Of a stretch of 64,000 nt of DNA, positions 38,201-52,045 are shown piece after piece (positions within the stretch are counted from its first letter, which is position 1; each line of letters begins with the position of its first letter). Where the stretch lies: the NCBI GenBank assembly GCA_964106645.2, contig OZ067046.1; one strand, written 5' to 3'. The translations under genes were made by a program, and so were the position numbers. Origin of the DNA: Podarcis pityusensis. Taxonomy: Eukaryota. Below the pieces are notes generated by a model. The model ran no database searches. It was not told the origin of the DNA and worked only from the letters and a program-made list of their open reading frames with translations.

Positions 38201-39189
38201 TTAAGAGAATTCACTTTGTTTATTGGAACGTTCTCACTTAGGTATATTTTCTTTTTCTTTTTCTAATAATATTATTATTGAGATTTTATAATTGCAAATA
38301 TCAAATATCATATACCATTATCCAATCCTACCTTACCTTACATTTACAATCCCCTCCCTCCCCTACTGTCTTCCCTCATCTTTCCCTTCTTGTTTGTTAC
38401 ATTGTTTGTTGTATTCTGCATGTATATATACTGTATATAGATGCATTTTCTGTTCCAAGAAAGCAATGGCATTTGGTTTCATGAACATCTCCAAATCCCA
38501 CAGTGAATTGGTTGCTTGTCTTTGATCCCAAGCCATCTGTTATCCTCTAATGTAGCTGAGTGTAGTCCAACTTGAATCTCTTGAAAATGGTCACCACTGT
38601 ACCATAGCTTGCTTAATTAAATGTGTTATTGCTTCTCTATGTGTGTGTCCAGAACCACTCCCAGCCACATCCAGAGGACAGCAGCCAGGTGGAACGGAAT
38701 GCCCTGTTATCACTGCTGCTTTATATACTTGTGCTATTCCAGTGGAGCAAATCTGGAACCATATCTCGGGACTTGAATATTATTTACGATTTTGCATTCT
38801 TATTCATTCTTTTATGAAGATTTTCATTAGTCTGTATTGTAGTATTCCATTTTATTCAATCACATTCCCAAGACTGAAAATAACATACTGCAGAGAACTG
38901 CCTCACAGTTTCAGTGGGCAGATTTATTAGATTCAAAGCAATTCATATTGTAAAAAGTGATTTATACATGCAGTGTATTTTAAGAAGTGACGTATCATTT
39001 ATAAAGTGTCCTGCAAAATTAAATTTTATTTCATTTTTCATATCCTTGTTATACATGGCACACTTGACCATACTTTCTTGTTCAGTTGTATTTCTAACCT
39101 ATATTCTGCTGCACAGTTGTGGCAGCAGATCAGTTCCAGCAGAAGGTCCCCAGCACGGGTTTATTGTGAATATTTCATATAATTTTGAG

Positions 39190-39339
39190 AAGGGCTGTAG
39201 CTCAATGTTAGAGCATCTGCTTTGCATGCAGAAGGTCCTAGGTTATATCCCTGGCATCTCCATGGAGGACTGGGAAGCCGTAGAGTGTCTCTGCCAATCC
39301 ATCTAAACAATACTAAGAAGGGGGCTTCCTATGTTCCTA
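39190..39339 (+). mobile_element. tRNA-derived SINE, Squam3-like, internally deleted
   Basis: Head GTAGCTCAATGTTAGAGCATCTGCTTTGCATGCAGAAGGTCC with A/B-box remnants; tail GCTTCCTATGTTCCTA. Confidence 0.8.
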
Positions 39340-41904
39340 ATTTCTTATGGTTATCCTTAGAAAGTCTTCATTTATTTACTCTGGAAGACTGCGAAGTGGG
39401 AAGAGCATTGTAGAGCCCAGGAGAGCTAGACTCATTCTCATTTAACTAAGGTGCAAATGGTGGGGAACCCATCTGGACTGCAGGAGGAAGAAGAAGGCGT
39501 GGCTTCACCAATACGGACATGAAAACACAAAAAGAGCAAGGCAGGGATTCAATATAATAAGCGACAAATATATTAAGGGACAGTAAAGCAGCAGAATCTA
39601 ATTGAGGCTAAATCAGCAGCTTAAGTTGACACACATTGGGCATTTACCTATTTCATTTAGTTTTAATGCATCTGGTTCTGCATGTATTCAAGCATGTCTC
39701 CAGTTCCACAAGTTTTCTATAATTGCTGCTGCATTAACAATTTCCTATTGGTCTCAGCTGCAGAGCATGTGTGGCACCCAAAAACAAAGAGTGTCCAAGG
39801 CCACGCACAAGTATCTGTTTGAGCTGGACGTTACCCTACAGGCTAGCAGTTGAACATTCCTGGGTTGAAGGACTGTTCAGAGGTCAATGAACAGGAAGTC
39901 CATGAGAACGGGTTCAATTGCTCTTAAGTTAATTTCCAACCAAATTCCATTCCAGATTGTTGCAACAGTGCCTCTAAGATTCTGCAAGATTCATGAGAAT
40001 TCCTGTTTCCAGGGAACAAATTATTAATACAGACAGTCCTCAGAAAATAAAAATATTGTGGGCGATGAGAGCATCACTCAGTGTTGTGACAGGTATGGAG
40101 AGTGTTCTAACCACAGCAAAACAAATGAGGTTGTGATCGATTTATCAATCTAGTAATTCGCATGTGGTGTCCAAAACTGAATATCTCAAAATCATCGACT
40201 CAAGGCAAGGGTGTCTCATCTTACTAATGTCTCTTGGTGGTTGTAAGATGAAAATATACCTATTTTCCATGTCACAAAATATAATAGTTTTGACTTGTAG
40301 CTTTCAGTGAAATCTGATTTCATACTGAACACAACAAATATTAGTAAACATTACACATGTGGCGAGGGGAAGAGGGTTAATGGTTTATAGATTTCTTTTC
40401 TGGTCTAAGAACATTGAAAGAGCCAATAGTATTTACTCTGTTTAATGAAACCATGTACCCCTGTTAAATGTAATTGTTCTTGTCAGTCTTCTGCTTGAAA
40501 TTGCACTACTGCTCTTAAGTGGTAAAAAAAAAAATCCTGTCTACAAACACAATAGTACTAATGCTTATAGCATATATATTGTTAATTTCTAGCATTCTGA
40601 AAGTCTCTGAAAGGCTGTCCAGAAGGAAACAATAGCTGTGAGCTGAAGAATTAAACTGCCACTCAAATTTGAATTATTTGTTGCTTAGAAAGAACGATAA
40701 CACAAGTATGGAGAACCAATACTGGTTTCTTTAAAACAAATTTGGGAATTGCTTCCTGTGAGGAAAAGTGTATTAGTAATGGTAAGTGTAATTCTGAGTA
40801 TTCTAATACCTTAGATATCTGAAAATCAGATTTACCACATCCTCAGCCTGGAGATGGAAAGACCAATCTATTTCAAGGCCATGTTGATTTTGCATTTGTC
40901 CATTCAATTCCATTTGTCCATTAATATGTGTGGTTTTTTTAAAAAAAAATCCATGCAAAAATTAGATTTAAATGCATATTTAAATATTTTTAATCACAAA
41001 ATACATATTTCAATACATATTTTATCTCCATGTATGTATTGCTATACATATTTTATGGGGGTGCCTGGACCGGAAGACGTGGTTCAGTCCCTGATTCAGC
41101 ACTTTGGAAAACACCCCACTTCATTCCAAAGTTAGCTGACTGATTCAGTTTGGGGTTGATCAAGTCTGCTTCCTCCCTTCCTTCAACTCACTATTAATTT
41201 TTCCCCTTTTGACAGAAGTGGATGAAATTTGCAGACATTCTACCTCCTCCAAAGGGGTGAAAGCTTGTCAGATTGGACCTAAGTGGGTTCAGGTACTTTT
41301 TTGGGTTTTTTGCTGGGCAACTTTAAAATGTGATTTATTTATTAACAATCATTTTTCTTTTATTTGGGGGCAGAGTTTGATGATATTTGCAAGCAAAGTT
41401 GTCCCTTCTGAGGGCATGAATCCCATCAAATTTCAGAAGGACAGCTGTAGTGGTTTCTCCACAAGCAATTACAGTTCAGAAGCAGCAAACAAACAAACCC
41501 TTTCAGCTAGTGTTTTGTGACCAATTGGTCGGAAAATTGCAGACATGAGACAGGCACCCCAAGCAAAGAACCTGCCAAATTGCTTGCAAATAATTCCAAG
41601 GCCTTCTTTTTTTTTTTTTTAATAAAAATTTATTGGGTTTTACAATAGAAATAAACATAGTAAACAATGTAACATATCTCTTAACATAATTTCACATTTT
41701 CTTTGGACTTCCTCACATCTCCCGCTCCCACTTTCATCATTATAACATTTTGTCAGCAATTTATTATCTTATTTGCATTCTTATATCCCTTCTATGTTTC
41801 ATAATCTTCAAGTTCTCAAAAAGAGTTATATTTTCTCAATCTCACTTATTTTCTTAAAATCATCTAAATTAGTGGTGCTCAGTTATTTTGATCTAGTATC
41901 CTGT

Positions 41905-43584
41905 TTAACATTCACTCAAGTTACAATATTTTTGTAAATAGTTCTTAAATTTCTTCCAATCCTCCTCAATCCTCTCTTCTCCCAGGTCACGAATTCTGCC
42001 TGTCATCTCAGCCAATTCCATGTAGTCTATCAGTTGCATCTGCCATTCTTCCAGTGTGGGTAGATCTTGAGCTTTCCAATGCTTTGCGAGTAGTATCCTT
42101 GCTGCTGCTGTTGCATACATAAAAAATGTCTGGTCCTTCTTTACCACCCCTTGGCCGACAATGCCCAAAAGAAAGGCCTCTGGTTTCTTAGTGAAGGTAT
42201 ATTTAAATACCTTTTTCAGTTCATTATAAATCATTTCCCAGAACGCCTTCACTTTAGGGCAAGTCCACCAGAGGTGGAAGAATGTTCCTTCACACTCTTT
42301 ACATTTCCAACACTTATTGTCAGTCAGGTGGTAAATTTTTGCAAGTTTGACTGGGGTCATATACCATCTATATATCATTTTCATTACATTTTCTTTCAAA
42401 GCGTTACATGCAGTAAATTTCAATCCAGTACTCCACAACCTTTCCCAGTCCTCAAACATAATGTTGTGCCCAATGTCCTGCGCCCACCTTATCATTGCCG
42501 ATTTAACCATTTCATCTTGTGTGTTCCATTTTAACAGCAAGTTATACATCCTTGAAAGTACCTTACTCTTAGGTTCTAACAATTCTGTTTCTATTTTCGA
42601 TTTCTCCACCTGGAACCCTAATTTCTTGTCATTTTTAAAAACTTCTTTAATCTGAGCGTAATGTAACCAGTCTCGCACTTTATCCTTCATTTTCTCCAAA
42701 CTCTGCAGTTTCCAATTGTCTCCATCTTTTTCTAGAATTTCCCAATATTTTGGCCATTTGGCCTCCATATTGGGTCTTTTTCGGGCCTTAGCTTCCAAAG
42801 GTGAGAGCCACCTTGGGGTTTTATTTTCCAGCAAGTCTTTATATTTTGTCCAGACATTAAACAGTGATTTTCTGACAATATGGTTCTTAAAGGCCTTATT
42901 TGCTTTAACCTTGTCATACCATAAATATGCATGCCATCCAAAAGCATTGTTAAACCCTTCCAAATCTAACACATCAGTGTCTTCAAGAAGTAGCCAATCT
43001 TTTAGCCAGCAGAACGCTGCGGCTTCATAATACAACTTTAAATCTGGCAGGGCAAAGCCCCCTCTTTGTTTTGCATCAGTTAATATCTTAAACTTAATTC
43101 TGGGCTTTTTGCCCTGCCAGACAAACTTAGAGATATCTCTCTGCCACTTCTGAAAGCACTCCGTCTTGTCCAAAACCTGAAGTGTTTGAAATAAAAATAG
43201 CATCCTTGGCAATACATTCATCTTGATAGCAGCAATTCGGCCTAACAAAGAAAGTTTCAATTTTGACCAACTATCTAAGTCTCTCTTAATTTCTGCCCAA
43301 CATTTTTCATAATTGTCCTTAAATAGACTTAAGTTTTTCGCTGTTATGTTTACCCCTAGGTATTTTACTTTTTTAACCACATTAAGTTCCGTCTCTTTCT
43401 GAAACCGTTCTGACTCTGTATCTGTCAAGTTTTTTCCCAAAACCTTAGTTTTCTGTTTATTTAATTTAAATCCAGCCACCCGACCAAAGTCATTAATCAG
43501 TTGTAATACTCTTTTCGTACTAGGCTCTGGCTTCTGCAGGGTCAAAACCAGGTCATCTGCAAAAGCTTTTAATTTATATTGTTT
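41905..43584 (-). pseudogene. L1 ORF2 C-terminal half (RT from FADD onward, Cys-rich domain)
   Basis: KQYKLKAFADDL..YLGVNI..LSLLGRIAAIKMNVLPR..GGFALPDLKLYYEA..CWKC..GTFFHLWWTCP. Confidence 0.95.
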
Positions 43585-44312
43585 CGGATCCGGTTGGTAG
43601 TAGTGTCATGTCCATTTTTACTGCATTATGGTCGGAACAGGTCTTTGGGCAGATTTCCACTTTTCTGACCTTAGGTGCCAGGCCTCTAGATATCCATATT
43701 TGGTCGATTCTTGTCCAGGTCAGTTGGGCTTCAGAAAAGAATGTTCCCTCTCTTCCTAGTGGGTTCTTTGTCCTCCAAATGTCAATCAAATCCATATTGT
43801 CTGTCATTTCAAAGAAAGTTTTAGGTAGTCTGCCGTCTTTTGTAACATTTTGGCTTTGTGACTTGTCCATGTTAGTTGATACGACCCCATTCATATCTCC
43901 CATCATTATGATGTTGTTGTAGTCCAGATAATCCAGCATTGTCTCCTGCAGCTTCTTGTAAAATTCCGATTTCCCTTCATTAGGTGCATAGATTCCTAAT
44001 ATCAACAATTTCTCTCCTTGATGTTGTATCTCAATTGCCAAAATTCTTCCATGTTCATCTTTAAATAAGAATTTAGGTGACAGGCTCTCTTTCGCATATA
44101 TCACCACACCTCTCTTCTTAACTTTGTCCGACGATATAAATTCCTGGCCCAATCTTTTATTTATTAACACTTTTCTATGGAGCCTCGTCACATGTGTTTC
44201 CTGTAGACAAATAATGTCCAATTTGTTCTTTTTTTAATATGTGAAATATTTTCTTCCTTTTTTCCGGAATGTTACAACCATTAATATTCCAGCTCAACAG
44301 TTGCAGAGACAT
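43585..44312 (-). pseudogene. L1 ORF2 AP-type endonuclease
   Basis: MSLQLLSWNING, then a 1-nt frameshift near 44230, then DIICLQETH..IYAPN..GDMNG..RIDQIW..SDHNAV. Confidence 0.95.
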
Positions 44313-47300
44313 CCTGAATTAATCTGGTTATTTCTTAATTCCAAGGCCTTCTGTACTAGACACCTTTAAAATTCATTTTGAGGTTGTAAGAACTAGAATG
44401 GATTCAAATTCTGGATATGATCATTCCTTTTGATTTAAACCTGCCCATCAGTGACAATGGAGCTCTCTCTCTCTCCCCTCTCCCGAGTCTGGTACATGTT
44501 CTTCCTTCTTGCATCATCCCGAACTGATCTGAATCCTTATATGTTAAGCTAGAGACATTGTTTCACTTTTAGTTGATGCTTTTCTGTAGCATTTATTTAA
44601 CGTCTACAGCACTGAGCTATCACAAAACATTTCAGGAATTCCCTAACTACACAGATCCTGCATCACTTCTGAAAAGCCTCAAATTCCTTTGAGGCACTTC
44701 ACTTCAGTTGGGAATTCAAGATTCATCTAAATCCAATGCACACCCTTAACATTTTGACTCAAAACATGCATTTTAGCAGACATTTGTGAGGTTTCTTGAG
44801 CTGAGAATTGCCTGGGCTGAAAGATAATTTTGTTGCAATTCACACAGTAGTTTGTGAGATGCAGTTCAGGAACATTCACATTGGTTTTCAGAGAAACTGA
44901 ATTCTTGAAGTATTCTCTTATATCTGGTACTTTTCTGTGTGCTCCATACAGATCCTTTCATGTTCATCAAGCTATTATCTTCATTTAAATAAATGGGATG
45001 ACTCATGTGAATGTGGGACATTCTTGTACACATATTTCATGTACTCAGATAAGATTTCCGGACTAGAGCACAGACTTTGATTCAATGCTCAAAATTTACC
45101 TCTGAATATGAGACCTCTGCCTACAGTAAAAGCTTAAGATAAACAAATTGGGTAAGTTGGCAACACATTTATAGGACTACACATTTATTGAATGACAGCC
45201 AAAAAGGAACACTGTGAATTGCTGTCAGGATATTTTTTATCCTTCGTTGCATATTTTGATCAGCTGAAAGGTCTGGATATTTTTGGTGATGAAAATCCAT
45301 AGTAAGCAAAGTACTGTACAAATAGAATCTCTATGTCTGCATTTTTACTGACAGCACAATTTTGAGATGCTTTATGCAGTTCAACAAATCTATTGGAGAT
45401 AAAGAGCAATGGAAAGTAATTTACAATTTCATGGACAACTCAAAAGTTTCAACAAGCAGAAAAGAATCAATCAGATATCCTTGAGATTCAGCTCAATCAA
45501 CTAAAGGGGGCTTGTGTGTGGACACACCATTCTCAAGCAGGCAAATCAGGACATGGTAGCATTAGCTAGCTGAGACAGGGAAGAAACTGTTATGAAGTCT
45601 AAGTCTGGATGCTGTAATGTATCATAGGACATGACTAATGCTCTTGAGACTTGAGTTCCAGCTTCTAAACCATGTCAGGGCTTAATTGAAAAAAAGTACA
45701 TCTTAACAGGACAGTGAACAAGGACAAATTAATACAAATAGAAGACAACAAAACAATGATTTGGAGCAGGGGATACAAGTTCTAGTAAAGTAGTGGAATT
45801 CTCATGGGAGGAAGCATGGGATATAAATTTAGCAAGCTAATAGTAATACTACTAGTAAATCAATCATGTGTTGGGTTTTATTGCACTTTTCTTGCTTTTG
45901 AGGTGGGCAGACTCTGAGGTGAGTCCCTTCATTCTGCAAATTATATCTCTGTGGATCTGCATTCTGCAGCGTTCCCAGGTGCCCATGGTTCCTGAAAACC
46001 CCAAGGAAACTTCAGCTGGGCTTTCCTGTGTGGGAAGTGTGGGAAGCCAGAGAAGTCAGGAAAGTTGTAAACCATGCTTCCAACAGCTCTATTTTTTTGT
46101 TTTGTTTTTAAGGAGAAGCCTTTTTACTTTTAAGGAAATCAGTGTGGATTATTATTGTTCTTGTTGTTATCAAAAGGAATGACTTTGCATAAGAACAACA
46201 TCGATAAGTGTGTCAACCTCAAGCACTCGCAACTTCCTGTACATTAATTAAAGCCCAAGGGAAGATAGAATGTGATAACTCCTATAGGCTTTTTCAGATC
46301 AGGAAACATGGAATCCGGCAAGGCTGTGGAGTAGTGGGGGAAATGTTCCATGTAAAGAAAAAGAAAAAACATTCAGTACCCTTGGCCATCTCACAACAAA
46401 AAGGTAAACTCAACCCCTCATCTACTAAAATTATAAATAAATTCTAAATTCATGGGGGAAAGTTTCTTCTTTTAAAGAAGCTGAAGGACCAGTTTTAGCA
46501 GAGCTGTCCTCTGAAATCATCTGAAATATACCAGTTACATATGTCTCCTATGCCTGCTGATGACAATACATTCATGGTTTCCTTGTGACATACTTTGTTT
46601 TCTCATATTGCATGGTGGAGGGGGTTAGTTTTTTCCTTTTTCTTTTTTGGAGGGGGGCACATAATGAAAGTTTGGAATAATTTTTTTTTTACTTGATGCA
46701 TTTGCACTGTATAGCTATTTATATAGATATAAATAATTATACAGAAGGCACCCTGACCCCCCTCCCCAGAGATGATTTTTGACTGACACAGGAGACTGCA
46801 GCACCAAAGAGTGGACAGGAAACTTTCCTCCCATGAGTTTCCCTAAGGCTGCAATCTTAAGACTTGGGGTGGTGGTGGTGGAAGCAGATGAAAGCAGTTC
46901 ATCTATCTTATCCCAAACCCTACAAGACTCTTTTCTGTGTATTGTTTTGTTTTTAATGTTTGATGTTTGATGTTTTAGTATGTTTTGATATATGCTGTGA
47001 GTTTCCCAGAGATGGGCGGGGTGTTGTTGTTATTTTTTGGTGTTGTTAAAATATGTTTTCTCCCATTGTTCTCAATGGGAGGGAAATAAATGGGAAGAAA
47101 CTATGCTGGCTCTTTGCCATAGTTTATTCCCTGGTTTGGGGGCATGTTAGGGGACTGGAAAGTCCACTCCCCACATGCCTCCAAACCACCCTGTACATGT
47201 GTCCTATTGCTGTTAATGCTCAAAGGGTTGTGAAATTTGCTGCAGCAGTATGGAAGGGAAATCCAACATCTGGTCTCCCTTTCTGAAGTGTATACTCTCC

Positions 47301-50300
47301 GTTCTCTGTCCCCCTTAGAGAGAGAGAGATTTGATACCTATGTCTCCTTGGGTGTTCTCTCTGGGGCTATAGGATTGCACAGTAGGATCTAAGCTACCAA
47401 TGTTATTTGCACCCTTTCCTTTTAAGCCTTCTCGTTTCATATTCTTAAAGAACCATTTAAACATTAATACAGATGTGTGGTTTTGTTTTGATTCCCACAG
47501 TATAGATTACAAGTAGCTGACTCAGAACTCTTAAAAGCTTCTGAAATGCTGTCAAAGGACAAAGTTTTCTTGAAGTGGTGTTATGATAGCAATCAACCCA
47601 CCCCATCCTCACCCTGTTATTTACTGCTGAATACTTGATAAGCCTCAGTCAAACCGTTGAGTCAAGTTCCCAGTACCACATTTAAAGATGCACCTCTGCA
47701 ACCCAGGGGAGATCAAGAAGAGAGAAATAAGAAACATGAAATGTTCATGTGCATGAAATGTACATTTTCAGTTGTGAAATAGAAATGTGCTTTTAAATAT
47801 TTAGAAGCTTAGGTTAGCATCAGGGATAGTGACAAGGGTGGAGTAGTTGAGCAAACTTTAAGGGGGGGGGGAAACAGTATTTTTATGTAAATATTTACAA
47901 GTAAGGAATAGTTGAGAAGATTCTCCTGTGTTGATCCCAAACAACAGAAACATAGAACATATTAAGATGGTGGTTTTGACTGGACCATTTTTCATTACTT
48001 TAAAAATATGATATATTTATACTTGTTCACATGACACACTGAACAAAGGTGTAAGCTGTGTCTATGCATGTATAAGTGTCTGTGTGAAAGAGTGTACACT
48101 TGTTGATTAGTACAGCTGAACTATTGTGTATACAGGCACACAGCCCTCTACTGCCATTGTACATTGCATGTGGAAAAATTGCAGAAGTGTACAGTTTAAC
48201 TATTGTGCGCACAGATCATACACCTCTTGAATGTGATGTGCAAACACTCCTTTTCTCATGCTAACCCAGTGATTTGACTCACATTTCCAAAACTTTACAT
48301 GTCTATATATTTCCGGTCCTGATGGTCAGCTGAGTACGTTAACTCAGCTGATGGATGCATCTACTGCATGGATAGCTAGAACACAGCTCTTGAGTTTTCC
48401 TCTGGATGCTGCCTACTAGAGGCTTCATTGTAAAGGGACCAGATCTGTGGCATTCATCCAATATCTTCAGTGGACTGAGTACCACAGATGGAATTGTTCC
48501 TGTTTCATTATTGTAAGGTAAATGTTAGAAGGATGCAGCCTAAGCCAAATCAGCCAAACCAGCAGGCTCACCTGTAATGATAGTTTAATGGAGACTCAAG
48601 CTGGCCGAGGAATGCAGATACATTTTCCTTTTCCTTTATTCCGCTCACTTACAATTTCCCCTTTTGATAATAGCCTGCGCAGTTTATCCCTCAGAGGTAG
48701 CGCAACACGAGGAAAGAAATTGTAGCTCTGCCACTTGCCATGTATTAAGCTATGTCCTCCTGACTCTGAAATATTTAGAAAAACAATCTTGCTGTGACCA
48801 GCATTGTATTTCCTCATCCTGATGGCAGCATTTGGAGCTGACGACCACAAGCGCTGCATTAGAAATTGTCTCCATAGTGAGTCACCATGCTGCTCACTAA
48901 AATGGTTTAATCTTCTGCCACAGTGCTTTTCTGTACCATTCATTTTGCCGCCTATTACATAAATTAGATACGGAGTCCTGTTATACTTTGCTGAGTGATA
49001 ATATACCCCTCTCTGAGACATAATTGGCATTACCACAGTACCAGGCCAAGGCAAGCAAGGCTTTTATTTCCTATAAGTGGTAAAAAGTTTTCTCACTCAC
49101 TTCCCCCCCCCCCCGGCAAAAAAATCCTGTGTTTTTTTAAAGAAAAGAATAGGTAACTACAAAGCACATAACAACCAATTAAGTTTATGCTCAAAAGAAA
49201 TAGGTTGAACATAGCTAAAGCTCTGCTATTAAATCCACTTGCACACAAGTGGATTCCACTGCAGGCTATGGAATGAAAATTCAGGCACAAATTGTTGTAA
49301 GCTCGCAGCATTAAGAAGGATAATGGCTTCATTTGCTTTCATCACAGCTGACAATCAAAGTTACATTTCTCTGCAAAACTGTCCTTTCACCACTCCCCCC
49401 ACTCCAACTTATCAAAAGGCTTGTGTATCTTTTGCTGCTGTGGCTGAGCAGATCAGGACTGTGCTACCTGCTAACACAACTCTGAGCATGATTAGAGAAA
49501 GACACATCAAATGAGCTCAGGGAAGGGATCTCTGGGGAGAGCTGCTGAGGATACAAGTCATTATTGCGGTATCTCTCTCAGGAATCCACACGTTACAGTA
49601 GTTTCTTCTCCTCCTCCTCCTCCTCAGGAACCTGCCAATGACAACTCATTTTGAATGACATGGTCAGGGCTTGTGGACAAATTCCACAGTCACTGATGCA
49701 ATTACAAATTCTGCGGTCATCCGCCACCATCAGGTCTGAAAGTGGAATTTGGCCCATATGCCTAGGGAAGCATCCTTTTGTGATACATGGGTAGAATATA
49801 AGGAATCAGGTTTTTTAAAAATCAAATGCAAGCAGCCTACAACCTTTTCCTCTGCGTCAGAGATTCTGGTCACACACAGTTGAAGCAGAATGTGCATTAC
49901 TGTGTGTCAAGTTTAGGGGTGCAATTTGGCTATATAAAATGTAAGGTTCCCCCGACAGTCCATGTTAGGAATAGTAAAAATATTACTGGAGGGAGTCTTT
50001 ATAATACTCAATAATGCTATGAATTTAGGAGCGGGTATGCTGAGACATTTCTAATTCCTGGAATAGTCAGACTAGCTTCCTGGTGAGGTAATGGCCATTA
50101 AGGTACTAAGGAAGTGGATCTGTGCCAGACAGCAAATGGATGTCCCCACTTCTTCAACTTACTGGTAGTTAGAAGGACAAAGGCCAGAGTTGAGAGTTGA
50201 ATTATGTAAGCTACAAACTGGAAGCTGGCAGACTGCAGGCTAGGCAGATGAGGGACAGAGCCATGCCTGATTTCTGCTGGAATCCAAGGTGGTGGCTATG

Positions 50301-50775
50301 GGAGAAGCAAGATGCTATTGGGGTGTTAACGCTGTGAGCCCCTCCATCATAGGCTCAGGTAGTATATATGTGTAAATAAACCATACACCACATTCTGAGG
50401 AAACTGAACTCCTGGAAATCTTGCACCACTCGGAGATTGTGGGTGGTGTGCCAGTTTAGTTGAAACTAAAGTCCCATTGATTCCAGTGGAATTTAGGATG
50501 CATCCAGATATAGAAATTATTGCATTAGCTTTCCTGATTATAATGCTAATGTTTCTATCCTGGAATATTCTAATATTCCTTTTACACTGCACACTACCTG
50601 TTACATTATGGAACTGTGGCTAAGTGACTGATATACAGGCATGTCATGCTACAATTTTAATGGTGGGAATGAATTGTTTGGCAGGATACTGCCACATATC
50701 TCATCATGTTAAATTACACTGCAACCTCCTGTGATTTTCCCAGGCTGCAAACAGATATTTGTTTGTTTGTTTATA

Positions 50776-50825
50776 GAAGAAGAAGAAGAAGAAGAAGAAG
50801 AAGAAGAAGAAGAAGAAGAAGAAGA
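50776..50825. repeat. (GAA)16 microsatellite
   Basis: Direct read. Confidence 0.95.
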
Positions 50826-50963
50826 CGGGAGATCAGCACTAAACTTCTGTTAAATTCCACTACTTTTCCAGAAGTGCCTTTTATGTTGTGCGAAAGATCA
50901 CATGAAACAGAGAACTTATCAAGTAAGGAAACATTGGGGAAATGAAATAAAGTGCTTTCTGAA

Positions 50964-51488
50964 TCTTCTTCTTCTTTGGCGATCGCTCATAGCCAAGTAA
51001 GATTATCTTCCATAAACACGGTTTTAACAATGAGTCTGTAGGTGACTGTGGAGGCCAATTCTGGATCCACACGTCCTTCCACAGTGGAGACATTGGTTTC
51101 CAGGCGGGAGTTGATCATGGTGTGGATTTGCCAAGTGTGCCTTCCTCTTAGCACATTTCTCCCTTGCGTCCTGAGATCGAGTGTTCTCCAACTGAGCACT
51201 CACAGGACAGTGTTTCCCAGTTGTCAGTTTATACTACATTTTTTTAAGATTTGCCTTGAGACAGTCTTTAAACCTCTTTTGTTGATCACCTGCATTACGC
51301 TTTCCATTTTTAAGTTCGGAATAGAGTAGTTGCTTTGGAAGATGATCATCAGGCATCCGCACAACATGACCAGTCCAATGAAGTTGATGTTGAAGAATCA
51401 TTGCTTCAACACTGTTGATTTTTGCTTCTTCCAGTACATGGATATTAATCCGCTTGTCTTCCCAAGTGATGTGTAAACATTTTTGGAG
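50964..51488 (-). mobile_element. RTE-clade LINE 3' fragment
   Basis: HITWEDKR..VLEEA..SVEAMILQHQLHWTGHVVRMPDD.LPKQLLYSEL..QKRFKDCLK, C-terminal CLHCGRTCGSRIGLHSH zinc finger, (GAA)n tail. Confidence 0.88.
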
Positions 51489-51824
51489 ACATGCTTTTTG
51501 AATACAGCCTTAAACACTGCACTACTTTCCCCTCAAATTGGAGTCATCATGTTCATTAATAAAAATCTAGGTATCATACCATATGTTAGCATTTCCACTC
51601 TCATAATTTTAATGAAATGGTTTCAAGAACTTGCATACTTTGAGAACAAAGCATTCACCTGCCACAATCCCTTCTGCAGTGCAGGGAAATTGAATTTCTA
51701 AACGAAGCTCACCAAACTGTGTTCCCCTAATGGTCATCTTTTTTTGAAGGAGAAAGACTTGTTTAGTCCTAACTTAGAAAAGCATAACTATCACAAAGTG
51801 CACCACTGATGTGCCTTCTCACTG

Positions 51825-52045
51825 GGTACTTTGTTCCAATAGTTAATCATTCTCACTGTTAAAAATCGGAGACTTCTTCCTAATTCAAATTTGTCCAGCA
51901 TTAACTTCCAGCCATTAGTTCTTATTATGCTTTCTCCTGCTAAATTAGAGTCCTTTATTACCCCATTACTTTTTCCATGTAAAGGTGCTTATTCAGTGCA
52001 ATCAAGTCACCGCTTAATCTTTGTTCAATAAACTAAATGGGCCAA
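51825..52045 (-). mobile_element. Old CR1 fragment
   Basis: Reverse complement reads RTNGWKL..KFEL..FLTVRMINYWNKVPSE. Confidence 0.6.

Larger units (their letters stand above)
41608..44335 (-). mobile_element. L1 LINE, 5'-truncated and internally deleted
   Basis: Poly(A) tail with AATAAA, perfect 17-bp TSD TAATTCCAAGGCCTTCT (41591-41607 and 44336-44352), ORF2 EN and RT/C-terminal domains. Confidence 0.97.

Noticed and set aside
39190-39260. tRNA gene
   Set aside because: Degenerate B box and stems followed by a SINE body and tail; this is a SINE head.
50015-50455. Possible degraded LTR
   Set aside because: Has TATA- and AATAAA-like motifs but no definable termini or TSD.
50706-50945. Poly-Arg ORF, and poly-Leu or RE-repeat ORFs elsewhere
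   Set aside because: Products of microsatellites.
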